DNA of 64,000 bases from Schmidtea nova (GCA_044892505.1 CM097883.1:264430001-264494000), one strand, 5' to 3'; shown: positions 10,029 to 21,606, counted from the first letter of the stretch. Program-made: numbers and translations. The notes: a model not told the origin generated them from the letters alone.

Positions 10029-13000
10029 ATGGAGGAGAATCAGAAAGTTACCAGTGTAAACTCGGAAGACAATTTATTAGAAGAAGAGCAGAAAATAACC
10101 AGTCCAAACGTAGAAGATAATTTACAGGAAGAAGAAAAAGAAGTAGTAACAATGAAAATGCAACTACAACAGAATATCGAAGGAAAAGTAAATGAAATGA
10201 TAACCGAATTATCAGACGTTGAAATTGAAAGAAATAGAAATGTATATGAATTTTCAGTAAAAGATATGGAGGGAGAAGAAAAGAAGAAGTTTGTGGAGAA
10301 ATATAACCGAAAAAGAAGAGGAAGAAGAAGCAATGATGATACATGTAGCATGGACGAGAAATGGGATGAATCTACGACAATCAAATTAGAAGAAGTGGCA
10401 CAAAGATTGTTAAACATTACCATAGAAGAAATGACGAAAATGAATCAGAAGTCGGAAGAAAAAAGAAAATCAGCGAAGCTCGAAAGATCAAAACAAACGG
10501 AAACGTCAAAGACCGAACGATTAATCAGTAACCTAAGCAAGAGTGCAAGAAATCAATGTGAAACAACAACTGAGTTACTAAAATGGGTTACAAAAATAGT
10601 GCAAATATATCAAACATGAGATTGATAGTGAGAGAAATCGAGAAATGCAGACGTTTATGCCCTTGGTATGCAAAACAATTTGATGACATCATGAGAAAAT
10701 GGAAACAACTGGAACAAACAAACGATGATCCACAGATGAGCAGATTGAAAATTCAGTTTCCGAATCTAGAAGAAATAAAGATGAATGTATCATTAACAAC
10801 AAAGATCAAAGAGATAAAAGAGAGATTACCATTCAACTTACCATTTCACTTGAAATATGATGGATAATCGCTGGATGATGATATAGAAATCGGTGTAACC
10901 CCGATACAAATCGAAACAAGTAATAAATTAACTGTTGATAAAATTGCAGGAAGCGAGTTGACCAGAAAAGCGAGAGGTGAAGATAATCCCGAAACAACGA
11001 TAATTGCAATGATGAAAACTCCAGCTGGACCAACACTTACAATTAACATCGAAGTTAATGGTGTGAAAGTAGACGCGATGATAGATACTGGCGCAAATAT
11101 ATCAGCAATAGATATCGATATGATACCAGAAATGTTATGGTCATGCATCGAGAAAACATCAGTAGACGTAATAACATGCAGCAAAGAATCTGTCAATATC
11201 ATTGGAAAGATATGGACGGACATCGAATACAGAAAAGTAAAAATATCAACTTATTGGACAGTCATAAAACAACTGGGTGCCTCATGCATTATTGGAACAG
11301 ACGTAATACCAAAACTGTTAAAAGGATCTGTAATCGATTTGAATACGATGAAGTTGAAACACCTAATTGAAGAGAATTGCACAAGAGAAACAATGATAGA
11401 ACAATCAAATCAAGAAATGACCAGAAAAGGACAAGTATTTATGTTTCGAGAAAATGCAAATGACGATTGGCTACATCGTATATTAACTACGAGCAGAACA
11501 GTAAATCAGTCAACAACAATATCTGAACAACCTAAGATAGTGGACGATGTAAAAATGGAGCACCGCAAAAAGATGGAATTGATCATTGAGATTACCAAAG
11601 AAATTATGCCAGAATGGTCAAAAAGTAAAAATCTATTTGAAATATTAGGAGGAGTAAGCCTAATGGTTGAGGAATATGCCAAAGGAAATGAAACAACAGA
11701 AGCGATGAATACCATAAAAGAAAGATTACCAATATTATTTACAATTGCCAGTTTTAAAGATGAGATACCATTGTACCACGCAATAAAAAGTGGGAATGAA
11801 CAGAGAATATTTGAAATCATAAAGCTCATGGAAAAGTGCAAGCAACATACCAACACAAAAAACTGGAAAGATCAAACACCCTTGATGATAGCAATTGAAA
11901 AAGGAGGATCCAAGAAACTCATAGCAGAACTGATGAGAACCGGATCAAGTTTTAAAGAAAGAGATGATAAAAATGAAACGGTGTTATCATATGCAGTGCA
12001 AGCGAATAACCATCAAATAATCAAATATATTATGTCAAATGCTACAGAAGAAGATATTGAAGTGCTCAGTTCAGATCCAAATCCATTAGTAAATGCAGTG
12101 AACAAAGATGGCGACGAAACAACAGCAAAAATGATTAAATGGTTACATCCAGTCACGCACGAAGGAGTGATAAATGTCAATGACAGATTTGAAGACAGTG
12201 AAAATATGATAATGAAAAGAGCCATGAAAAGAAAATGGAAAATGTATAAAACGATTAAAGCATTGCTGCAAAGACCTGATTTCAGATTTACAAACAACAA
12301 AAAAGAAAAAGAAAGAATGGGATCTAAAAGACATGAATTATATCAGCAAGTCATCATATGGAAAGAAAATATAAAAGAAAGCAGAATTCACCGAAGTTGG
12401 AACAACGCCAAAGATGAAATAACCAAGAGAGCAAATATAAAAGCCGAAGCAGATGAAATAGCTAAAAGATATGAGGAAATAATAAAATTAATAAATGTCG
12501 AGGACGACATTTTAAACGGAACCTAGGGTGGTTCTGATTATCACAATAACCCTGACAATGAAGATGAAGAGAATGATAACAACAAAACAAAGAAAGATGA
12601 CAATGAAAGTACCAACAGAAACAATGACAAAGACGAGAAAGATGATGGAAAAAGCAACAAAGATGAAAATGGGAACAAAAGTGATGAACCCAAGCAAGAA
12701 ACTTCAAATTATGAGAAACGAACAGCATGTCTACATAAAACTCGAATAAAAGACATAATATTACTGATATTGATGCTGCCAGCATTGAAAGGAACGGAAG
12801 TTGATGACAAGAGAAAACCAGTACAAATATTAATACAAGGATCAGATAATGAAGAAGCATGTTGGAGTAGCGTCAAATTGCAATTTAAAGGAGATAATCC
12901 AGTCAAATGCTAACGAGCAGAAAAAGGAGAAATCCGAATAAATGGATTGAAACGAGAAACAAAATACAAAATCTGTGTTTACAAAAAGAAAGCAGCACAA

Positions 13001-13138
13001 GAATTGTTAAGAACACTCGTATGCCAAATAGTAGCACATTATGGCTCAAAAGTCACCCAAGAAGACATAAAAGTAATATTAACCGACGAGCCAGATGAGA
13101 ACATCAGAGTGTCGTCGAAACGCAAGTTGTCAGAGTAA
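10029..13138 (+). pseudogene. Disrupted reduced polyprotein: helical domain - Ubl-like - aspartic protease - ankyrin repeats - acidic linker - signal peptide - FN3-like
   Basis: AMIDTGANISAIDI protease motif identical to element B; TPLMIAIEKG ankyrin motif; frameshift near 10590 and stops at 10865, 12524 and about 12910; copy at 58463-61574 has mostly different lesions. Confidence 0.8.
10958..12526 (+). CDS. Retropepsin protease fused directly to ankyrin-repeat domain (open segment of the A2 polyprotein)
   Basis: DTG active site; PLYHAIKSG / TPLMIAIEKG / TVLSYAVQAN repeats; aligns by eye with the C-terminus of B pol (YAKG, INVEDDI). Confidence 0.8.
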   Translation: MTRKARGEDNPETTIIAMMKTPAGPTLTINIEVNGVKVDAMIDTGANISAIDIDMIPEMLWSCIEKTSVDVITCSKESVNIIGKIWTDIEYRKVKISTYWTVIKQLGASCIIGTDVIPKLLKGSVIDLNTMKLKHLIEENCTRETMIEQSNQEMTRKGQVFMFRENANDDWLHRILTTSRTVNQSTTISEQPKIVDDVKMEHRKKMELIIEITKEIMPEWSKSKNLFEILGGVSLMVEEYAKGNETTEAMNTIKERLPILFTIASFKDEIPLYHAIKSGNEQRIFEIIKLMEKCKQHTNTKNWKDQTPLMIAIEKGGSKKLIAELMRTGSSFKERDDKNETVLSYAVQANNHQIIKYIMSNATEEDIEVLSSDPNPLVNAVNKDGDETTAKMIKWLHPVTHEGVINVNDRFEDSENMIMKRAMKRKWKMYKTIKALLQRPDFRFTNNKKEKERMGSKRHELYQQVIIWKENIKESRIHRSWNNAKDEITKRANIKAEADEIAKRYEEIIKLINVEDDILNGT

Positions 13139-13288
13139 CCAGTGGAAGGAACAGTGTATATAGTGTATAAAATTATATTGTATTATAAAAGTAGAATATA
13201 TTTGTATAATAAAAATTTAAAAATCCAAAAAATGAATACCTCAAAACTGGGAAAAACAAATGATAATATTGTGTAATTATTGTCAGAA

Positions 13289-13924
13289 ATGAATCCGAAC
13301 AACGAGAGTCAAAGTTATCAAACATCAGTTCCAACGTTCAATGAACCATCAAATCAAACTCAGTTTCCAGAAGATACCAATATACGAGAAAGAGAAGGGG
13401 CACTGCAAACCCCAGTAATCGAAAATGAAACGCAAAATCCAACAATTGACGATAGAAACCTGATATACCAAGTCGAAATTCCACTATTTGATGAAACCAT
13501 GAACCCAATTCAAACGACACTCGTATTAAATCAACAAACAACAAATAGCCAGACTCAATCAATATCAGCTCCAATGGTTTATCAGCAGACAATGACGCAA
13601 GAGTTATCATGGAAAACGCAATGTGAATTATTAAGCAGGATGTTGAATCAAGCCTATGCACAATGGAAAAACGAACAAGCTTTGTTAACAGAGAGTGTAA
13701 ACAGAAATTTATTATATCTTGCCAAAATGGAAGAACAACAACAAATGATAATCCAAAAAGATCAGAGAATTGAATGGTTAACAAGACATACGGAGTGGCA
13801 AACAAACGAAATTAGAAGATTGAATGAGACGCGAGAAGAAGTTAGAGCATGGTATAACTGGTTAGACAATTTTCCAGAACCGGTTCGAGAACCTGACTCG
13901 ACGGGAAGGGATGAACTATTATAA
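13289..13924 (+). CDS. 211-aa protein, low-complexity N-terminus and coiled-coil C-terminus, unknown function
   Basis: Intact ORF from ATG 13289; start conserved at 61726. Confidence 0.7.
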   Translation: MNPNNESQSYQTSVPTFNEPSNQTQFPEDTNIREREGALQTPVIENETQNPTIDDRNLIYQVEIPLFDETMNPIQTTLVLNQQTTNSQTQSISAPMVYQQTMTQELSWKTQCELLSRMLNQAYAQWKNEQALLTESVNRNLLYLAKMEEQQQMIIQKDQRIEWLTRHTEWQTNEIRRLNETREEVRAWYNWLDNFPEPVREPDSTGRDELL

Positions 13925-13964
13925 AAATTTAAAACCAGTGTAAATAAAATGTAAAAATGTGAAT

Positions 13965-15422
13965 ATGAATAAAACTTGGTATAAAGAGCAAAACGAAAAA
14001 ATTGTAAATTATTTTAGAATGCAGACCAAGAATCAGCAGAAACAAGAAGAATTGATCGAACTATATCAGATACTACAGAGACAACGGATAGAACCAACAG
14101 AATTTCAAGAAAGATTTAAATGTAAAGTATGTAGAAATTTATTGATAGAACCCAGACAAACTGAATGTGGATGTCGAATATGCACTAATTGCGTGATGAA
14201 AATAATACGAACTAAACAGAAGCTATGTCCTGAATGTGGTGAAGCAATAATAGATCAATTTGACCAAACCAGACCAGATATCGCAATGAATCGGAATATA
14301 ATGAACGCAGCAACAACCTGTCCAAATAAACCATGTGTATGGAGTGGGCCAATAAAATGGATCGCCAAACACCTTTATAATTGTGATGATACGAAAGCCA
14401 AATGCAAGTGGTGTGAAGAAGAAATTTTGAAGAAAGTCAAAGACAGTCATGAGGAAATGTGTGAACAACGACAGGAAATCTGTGAGTTTTGCAACGAAAC
14501 AGACGCTTGGATAGTGTTAAAAGATGAGCATTGGAATATAGAAGAAGGGCAAATATGTGACGAGTATGAAGGTAATTGTAATCAATGTGGAATGGCAGAA
14601 AACGTGAAGCTAAAAGAACATTGGGAAATATGCGAAAAGAAGCCTACTGCATGTCCACTAAAATTATTCAATTGCAAAGTGAGATTACCAAAAGAGGAAA
14701 TACAAAAGCATGTCGATGAAAATAGTATAAATCATTTGAGAACCGTTGTGGAAGCTATTGGAGCAACCGCACTGGTAATTGGAGAAGCCAACACAGAAAT
14801 AAAATCACACAAAATCATGATACAAGAGATGTTGGATACGAGAGGAAGTTTTGAAAGAATAAGAGAACAAATGATCCAAAAAATGATACTATTAGACCAG
14901 AAAATAGCAGAAATATCAACAACAGAACAAAGATTGGAAAACATATTGCCAACAATGGAAGAACTACCCGTCACACTCTACTATTGGAAAATCACAGAAT
15001 TTACAGAGAAATTGAGACTAGCAAGAGAAGGAGGTCAACGTGTATGGACAAGTCCACCTTGTCACAGTTGGAATCATGGTTACAAGCTTAGATTCAAAGT
15101 ATATCTAACGGGAGACGGACTAGGAGCCGGAACTCATTTATCTGTATATTTTCAAATATGTAAAGGAGATTATGACGATTGGTTAGAATGGCCCTACGAT
15201 TGCGATATAATTATGATGATCGGAACAAAGGAAAACAACGTTCGGGAAGTATTCAGACCAAACTTGAGGAAGGTAGAAGCAGCTTATAGGAAGCCGATCG
15301 AAAACTACAACGTAGCTGTAGGAAACCCACGTTTTATTGCATTACATTATTTAACCATAGAACAATCATTGTATTTGGTAAATAATATCCTGTATCTGAT
15401 TATCGAAGTGAGGAAGCCGTAG
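13965..15422 (+). CDS. TRAF-family protein (RING, TRAF zinc fingers, coiled coil, MATH), intronless
   Basis: RING CKVC..EPRQTECGCRICTNC..CPEC; Cys/His fingers; MATH signature YLTGDGLGAGTHLSVYF..KGDYDDWLEWP. Confidence 0.92.
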   Translation: MNKTWYKEQNEKIVNYFRMQTKNQQKQEELIELYQILQRQRIEPTEFQERFKCKVCRNLLIEPRQTECGCRICTNCVMKIIRTKQKLCPECGEAIIDQFDQTRPDIAMNRNIMNAATTCPNKPCVWSGPIKWIAKHLYNCDDTKAKCKWCEEEILKKVKDSHEEMCEQRQEICEFCNETDAWIVLKDEHWNIEEGQICDEYEGNCNQCGMAENVKLKEHWEICEKKPTACPLKLFNCKVRLPKEEIQKHVDENSINHLRTVVEAIGATALVIGEANTEIKSHKIMIQEMLDTRGSFERIREQMIQKMILLDQKIAEISTTEQRLENILPTMEELPVTLYYWKITEFTEKLRLAREGGQRVWTSPPCHSWNHGYKLRFKVYLTGDGLGAGTHLSVYFQICKGDYDDWLEWPYDCDIIMMIGTKENNVREVFRPNLRKVEAAYRKPIENYNVAVGNPRFIALHYLTIEQSLYLVNNILYLIIEVRKP

Positions 15423-15739
15423 TGAAGATGAAAAGAAAGTGTAAATATGTCTGTATTATAATACATTATCGGTATCATAATGTACAAAATAAAATTAGAA
15501 AATCACAAAAAACATAAAAAAAAAAAAATTAAAAAGAAATATAAAAATGAGAAAAACCAAAAAATCAAATATAAAAATGAGAAAAATCAAAATTTTGTAA
15601 ATATAAAAAACAAAAAATTGTGAAAAATATGATGTAGAAAATATTGTAGATACAATGACTGAAAGGAAGATCGTGAAAATACGAGAAGATGATAGATCAT
15701 TCAAATGTTTGTGCGAATTAATGAAAAGAGAAAGAAAAG

Positions 15740-16822
15740 ATGTCAAAACCAATTACCTCAGAAATGATTCATTGTCGATTTACACGAACAATATCGAATG
15801 TTCCTAAGGAAAGGAGGTATGGAAAATTCAAAATTATTGATGAAACGTTAAAAAACGAGAACCGAAGATATATAACCTTTTTACAACAAGACCATTTCTA
15901 TGAAAAGCAATACAGAAAATTCGCCAAAGAGGGTTTGTATTTTGCAGGGACAATTGAGAAACCCGATAAAGTAACCTGTGTATTTTGCAGAATCGAAATA
16001 GAACCTTGGAGAATTAACGATGATCCACTAACAGAGCATAGAAAACTTTCACCCACATGCCAGTTTGTGTTAAAGGCATACGAAAAACCAAGAAAACCAG
16101 CAACAATGAACAATGATGAAGAAGAAAAACCCAAAATAGTAACGATAACTTCGACAGGCCCAGCAAAGATACGATTCATAGAAGTTGACCCAAAATATAC
16201 GATTAATGGGAGAACTAACACTTTTGTAGATAAAAAGATGGGTATCAGATTAGCAATAGAAGGTTTTTATGCAATAAATGAATCAACCGCTGAATGTTCA
16301 GAGTGTGGAATACAATATCAATTACCAAAAGAGGAAGGAGAATACCTGAAACACAACGAATATTGTAAATATGGAGAAGAATTATATGAAGACGAAGAGC
16401 CGATCAATTATAAAAACCCAGAGATGCCTGTTAATGAATTATTAGTAGACAAGATATTAGATGAACCACGAACTCAAAAGGCAATGGAACGCACCGGCAA
16501 AAGCGAAATATTTGTGAAAGAAGTTATCAGAGAGAGATTGAGAAGAAATGGAGAAACATTTGGATCAACCCTAGAATTCTTTAAAGCTATAATACAGTTC
16601 ACCAGAAAATCCCAAGTTGTCAACCCAGAATCATGTATCAAGAAAGTTATATTAAATAAACACCCCTGTTCAATCTGTTGGATAAAGAAAGTGGAAGTTA
16701 TTCATTTACCGTGTGGACATCTGTTAGCATGTGAAAATTGTAGCAATAAATTGAGATTGTGCTCAATGTGCAGGAAACCGGTTGACAAACGGATCAAGGG
16801 ATTCCGTTATGCCGATCAATAA
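15740..16822 (+). CDS. Inhibitor-of-apoptosis (IAP)-like protein: BIR, degenerate second BIR, C-terminal RING
   Basis: BIR: GLYF..DKVTCVFC..IEPW..DDPLTEHRKLSPTC; second AIEGFY..CSEC..H..C; RING CSICW..IHLPCGHLLACENC..CSMCR. Confidence 0.92.
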   Translation: MSKPITSEMIHCRFTRTISNVPKERRYGKFKIIDETLKNENRRYITFLQQDHFYEKQYRKFAKEGLYFAGTIEKPDKVTCVFCRIEIEPWRINDDPLTEHRKLSPTCQFVLKAYEKPRKPATMNNDEEEKPKIVTITSTGPAKIRFIEVDPKYTINGRTNTFVDKKMGIRLAIEGFYAINESTAECSECGIQYQLPKEEGEYLKHNEYCKYGEELYEDEEPINYKNPEMPVNELLVDKILDEPRTQKAMERTGKSEIFVKEVIRERLRRNGETFGSTLEFFKAIIQFTRKSQVVNPESCIKKVILNKHPCSICWIKKVEVIHLPCGHLLACENCSNKLRLCSMCRKPVDKRIKGFRYADQ

Positions 16823-16956
16823 TCCAATCAAGCAACCTTGTAAATAAATTGTAAAGATTTTAACTTCAATTGATGTATACAAGTATTATTTAATAAGCAT
16901 GAGCAACAAAAAATGTATAAACAAAAGGAAATTACCCATGTTATTATTATTTCAGA

Positions 16957-18504
16957 ATGAATATACAACAATTGATAGGCATCCTAGATCAGGAGATGGC
17001 AAAAAGACAAGAGCAAATTAATCAAATGAAAAGCTATGAACAAAGAATGGAAGCCATTCAAGAGAACGTCATAATAATTGAAAAACGAACCCAAGAGATC
17101 AACAAAATAAAAGAAGAAAACGAGGAACTGCGAAAGATAATAAACGACAAGGCGCATATCGAAGCTGAACTGGACAATTATAAACGAGAGTACAGAGAAA
17201 TGGAGAGAAAACTCGAGCACGAACAACGAAAGTCGGTACCATTGAAAAACCAAGCGAGATTAAGAAAAGAGGAGCTCGAAACCTATAAGAGAGATACCGA
17301 AACAAGGTACGACAACACCATAAGATACTATCAGCAGCAACTCGTAAGTGAAAGAAACAGATATGAAGCCATGATCAAGAAATGGGAAAAGTGTCGAGAT
17401 GAAGCATTTGCTTTGAGAGGACAACCTCAAAAGAAACCTAAAACGAGAACGAGAGAAATCCAGCCTGAAAGCGAACAAGAAAAGATCATTAGAAAAGTTA
17501 AAGCAGAGGCTAGGAAATGGAAACAAGAACACCAAGATTTATTGGAAATGGCTCGACACAGAAAAATGCTACAGGAAGAATTTCTAAGACGGAGAGACGT
17601 TCAAATCGATGCTCTGAAAGAGGAATGTCATTGGTATGCAGACATACGTCATGAGGAAACGGAGAAACTCAGAAAAGAAATATTCCAGTTGAAAACGAGC
17701 GGACAATTCAGAGAACGAAGCATAAGGCATCAAATAAAGTGGCTAAAAGAACAAGCCAGAACATGGAAAAAGACCTGGAAAAGAACTCGAGACGAACTAC
17801 GAGAATTCCCAAAGAAGCTGATGTCAATAAATGAAGCAGAATTGTGGGAAAATGCAGAAAAGCAAGAGATAGAAAACAAAGAATTAAGACGGCAAGTTCA
17901 ATTAAAAACCGAATGGAATCAAAGGAGAATGAAATTTACCAGGAATCAAGAAGCTCGTATCAAATATCTGGAATTTGAAAACAGGCAATATGATCAACAG
18001 AAAAATATGGACGATAGAAGTATTGAAGAACTGACAATCGAATTGACTATTGCGAACCGTAAGGTCAACGGATATCGAGGTACAAATACTCATAAAGACA
18101 TTGTCATTCAACACCAGCGACGGCAGATAGAAGAGACAAAGGCCGAATGTGAAAAAGCGATCCAGCAATCCCAAAAGGAAATCGAAATGGCTATCCAAAG
18201 TTTGGAAGAAAACCGCCAAAACTATGAAAGAGAAATTGAAAGGCTGAAAAATATGGAAAATACGAGAGAGCTCGAGATAGAAAAGGAACAGCTGAGTGAA
18301 GAACTCGATTATATGACATATTTGCTAGATGAAGAGATAGAAATCTCAAGAACTTTGCGAGAAAGAGTTCAGAGCCTACAAAATCAACCTCCAATAATTC
18401 TATGGCCACTATATCCAACACCAATACAACCTGTACATTTGGAGCAAGAAAATCCTCAAATCGAAGATGAAGGGTTCGGAGAAATTGAAGAGACGTTTGT
18501 ATGA
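16957..18504 (+). CDS. 515-aa long coiled-coil protein ending DEGFGE..ETFV
   Basis: Intact ORF, E/K/R/Q-rich heptads; C-terminus homologous to 46428-47489. Confidence 0.85.
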   Translation: MNIQQLIGILDQEMAKRQEQINQMKSYEQRMEAIQENVIIIEKRTQEINKIKEENEELRKIINDKAHIEAELDNYKREYREMERKLEHEQRKSVPLKNQARLRKEELETYKRDTETRYDNTIRYYQQQLVSERNRYEAMIKKWEKCRDEAFALRGQPQKKPKTRTREIQPESEQEKIIRKVKAEARKWKQEHQDLLEMARHRKMLQEEFLRRRDVQIDALKEECHWYADIRHEETEKLRKEIFQLKTSGQFRERSIRHQIKWLKEQARTWKKTWKRTRDELREFPKKLMSINEAELWENAEKQEIENKELRRQVQLKTEWNQRRMKFTRNQEARIKYLEFENRQYDQQKNMDDRSIEELTIELTIANRKVNGYRGTNTHKDIVIQHQRRQIEETKAECEKAIQQSQKEIEMAIQSLEENRQNYEREIERLKNMENTRELEIEKEQLSEELDYMTYLLDEEIEISRTLRERVQSLQNQPPIILWPLYPTPIQPVHLEQENPQIEDEGFGEIEETFV

Positions 18505-18794
18505 ATAATAAAAGTGAATGTAAAGTGTAAAAAGAAGTCGAAATGTAAAGTGTAAAAAGAAATTGAAATGTAGTGTAAAAAGAAAACGTTGTAAAGAAAT
18601 GTAAAAAGAAAAAGTCGTAAAATATATCCAAAAAAATTAAATAAAAAGCAGAAAAAATAAAAAATTCGATAAAAAATAGAAAAAATGAAAAACAAATAAA
18701 AATTAGAAAATGATAAAAATAATAAAAATGATAAAAACAAAAACAAAATTAATAAAACTATAGAAAAGAGTTATGAAAATTCATATTATAGAAA

Positions 18795-19370
18795 ATGAGA
18801 CTATTGAAGCAAAGATCAGAACCAGAACAACAGACGATATCAAAAGAAAGATTCAAAAAATGGAAGAGAGCAACAGAGCAATATTATCAAGACCAAATAG
18901 ATCAATTGAAGGAAGTAATGAGCAAAGATAGAAAATATATCGCACAAATGGAACAAAAGTGCGAGACGATGGAAATAATCAAGCGAGAAAATTATCTATT
19001 TCGCCAACAAAATGGTCTTACCCAAAAATATTGCGACAGACAGAAGCAAGAGATTGACAGACTCAAAAGGGAAATAAGCAGTGAACAGAACACTGATAAT
19101 AAAAGGAGAATTAAGATCGAGTCATTACAACGATCCTTGAAGAGCAAACAGAAAAAGATTATCAAAAGAGAAAAACAGATAATAAAGTTGAAAAGTGAAA
19201 TCATAGAAGCAAAATTTGATACATTCAAAGCAAAGAAAGTTGTAGAAATCAAAACGGCAGAAAATTACGTCCTCAAAGAACAAAGGCGAAAAGAAGCAGA
19301 CGAGATTGCAAAAATGGGTAACTGGAAGCCAGAAAATCCGTTAAAGCTAAATGAAGAGACGAAAGAATAA
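18795..19370 (+). CDS. 191-aa coiled-coil protein (copy of 1107-1682)
   Basis: Near-identical translation to 1107-1682. Confidence 0.75.
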   Translation: MRLLKQRSEPEQQTISKERFKKWKRATEQYYQDQIDQLKEVMSKDRKYIAQMEQKCETMEIIKRENYLFRQQNGLTQKYCDRQKQEIDRLKREISSEQNTDNKRRIKIESLQRSLKSKQKKIIKREKQIIKLKSEIIEAKFDTFKAKKVVEIKTAENYVLKEQRRKEADEIAKMGNWKPENPLKLNEETKE

Positions 19371-19465
19371 AATATATCTAAACTCATGTAAATATCCCTG
19401 TAAAAATATAAAAGAGAAAATTTGACAAATCATTAAATAAATTTGAATCTATAAATCTATAGAAA

Positions 19466-20290
19466 ATGAGCAATCTAATGAGGATCACAACAACCATCAT
19501 GATATTTATAATTACAAACTGCCGAAGCGAAGAAGCATTGAGTCAATGTCAAGCAAGCCATCCATTTAGAAGATCCGATAGCATTTGCGTAAGCTATCAA
19601 GAAATTTGTAGCACCAGGAATGAGGAGTGTCAACAGATACAATTACAATGTCAACAATGTCCTAAATCCATTGAAGATTCAATCACCATCCTTAAACAAT
19701 TGAGAAATGAAACTCAACAATTAATCCAACTACAAATCTCCTTAACCAAAAAGAACAATCTTCAACTAAAGAAACAGCTCGAAAACCAATCATCTTTCAA
19801 ACAGTTGACAACCGAACTAAAGAAATTGAGCAAGTTAATAGAAAAATCTCTAAATAATAAAGACGAAGTTAGCGAGGAAAGATCAAGTTTTACAGAAGAG
19901 TTAAATCAAAAACTGAAAAGTCAACTTCATCAGACCGAGAGAATTATAAAACAATTGATATCATCCGAAAAGCAGAAAGAGATTATCCCTAAACAAGGAT
20001 CAACCAACGAAGACGTCAGAGACCGAGAAGCAGCCATCACAGTCGTCCTACAAGGTATCAGTCTTTTCGCGGTCATAATGATCCTTAGCATTGTTGCATC
20101 AATCGGATTAGAATAAATGAAATTAGAGAAAGCGAAAATCCAGTTGAATACCATCAAACGAATCACCCATGAAGACAACAACCCGTCAGAAAATTTTCTG
20201 AGATCAATATTTGAAGATCCAGTTCCAGAACAGCCTAATCCTGAGACATCTACAACCTCGATGTAGATGAATTACTTCTATAAACAATAA
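19466..20290 (+). pseudogene. Disrupted copy of the Cys-rich membrane protein
   Basis: In-frame stops at 20114 (AAA>TAA) and 20264 (CAG>TAG) relative to 1778-2602. Confidence 0.85.
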
Positions 20291-20494
20291 TACGATTCGA
20301 TTCCCCTTTTTGACAACTCATGTATTTTCTTCCATTCATTTAATCTATCTATCTATTTGTATTCTCATCTTGAACAATATTTCATCATCATTAAATCATA
20401 ACCCTGTTTAAAAAATCGTAACGCCCTTGTAAATAGCAAAAATTATTTATCGTCATTATTCAATTTCTTTCTATTAGAAACACAAAAATTAACA

Positions 20495-21289
20495 ATGAAA
20501 TCTTACCGAGGAGTTTTCTTAATCGCCATGATCACAACAATTTATTGTCATCTCGAAGAAACCCAGAAATCAAGCCAATTAAACCCAAATCAACAATGTA
20601 ATAAAGAACCATCTGAAATCTCTAACAACAAACAACTATTCGAAAAGATTGAGCAAGCCAAAATCGAAATTCAAAATACCCTTTTCAATCAAAATGATGA
20701 AATTTCAGGTCTAAAGAGAATAGCAAGGATAATATTAGCCGACTTAGCGATCAGAGATATATTCGAGGATATTTTTGATAATGATCGAGAAACCCGTGAC
20801 GCAATAAAAAGTCTCACCAAAGAACTTAAAATGAACGTAGGCAAGTTAATCGATCAGCTAACGATAAATTCATCAAGTCCGAAATGTCTGAAACAAATTT
20901 ATCATAACCTGTCCCAGCAGATATCCGAAGTAGGAAACCAAACGGCACAACAACTGAGAAAGGCTTATTTCGAGAACCTGGCATTTAGGAATTAAATCAA
21001 TGATCACATAAACGAGATATCGAAACCGGATAACAATCAAGACAGAGACAAGTGCAGAATATCCCCCCTATCATCCGAACGAATTCTCGATATCTGCCTG
21101 ATCATCCTTAACTTTTTCCTAATAATCGGAATTTGTGGTATAATATGGTTAGGCTTGACCGCCACAAGAATGATGAATAACATGATCTCCGAACAATCCA
21201 GAAGAGAAGATGACAAGAAACAGTTGATCAATACCGAGTCAATCAAACTATTCCAGTCGAAGATCCAACCAATTCAATCCAAAAGTTAA
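20495..21289 (+). pseudogene. Disrupted copy of membrane protein 2800-3594
   Basis: Premature TAA at 20993 and a 9-nt in-frame deletion relative to the A1 copy. Confidence 0.85.
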
Positions 21290-21606
21290 TTCAACAAACT
21301 TAATAAACTTGATAAAACTTTTATCCGAGTCGTTGTAGACTCATATCGAACTTTGATTAGCCGCTGTAGGCACATATATTACATTACATTTAATTTTGCT
21401 TGCGAGTCGATGTAGACTCATATTAATGTATACGTATTAACTTTTTATTAATTTTTATCACTTTTTATTTTTATTGTCGCGAACGGCATGATCACGACCA
21501 AGTAGCTAGTGTATAATGTACAACCTTTTGACCTTTGATTAATCTTGGTTCTTAACCCCTCTGAGAAATTGCGGGACGCAATTTTTGCGGGCCCCCGAGT
21601 ATTTTA

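Larger units (their letters stand above)
8218..21606 (+). mobile_element. Family A copy A2, internal region (lacks its PBS/RING 5' part here)
   Basis: 8225-13400 is collinear with 56620-61835; 17690-21606 is collinear with A1; followed by an A-type LTR. Confidence 0.85.

Noticed and set aside
10865-10867. Programmed read-through at the TAA shared by A2 and A3 (59300)
   Set aside because: The aligned position in B is a sense codon (Arg) in mid-domain, so an inherited nonsense mutation is simpler.
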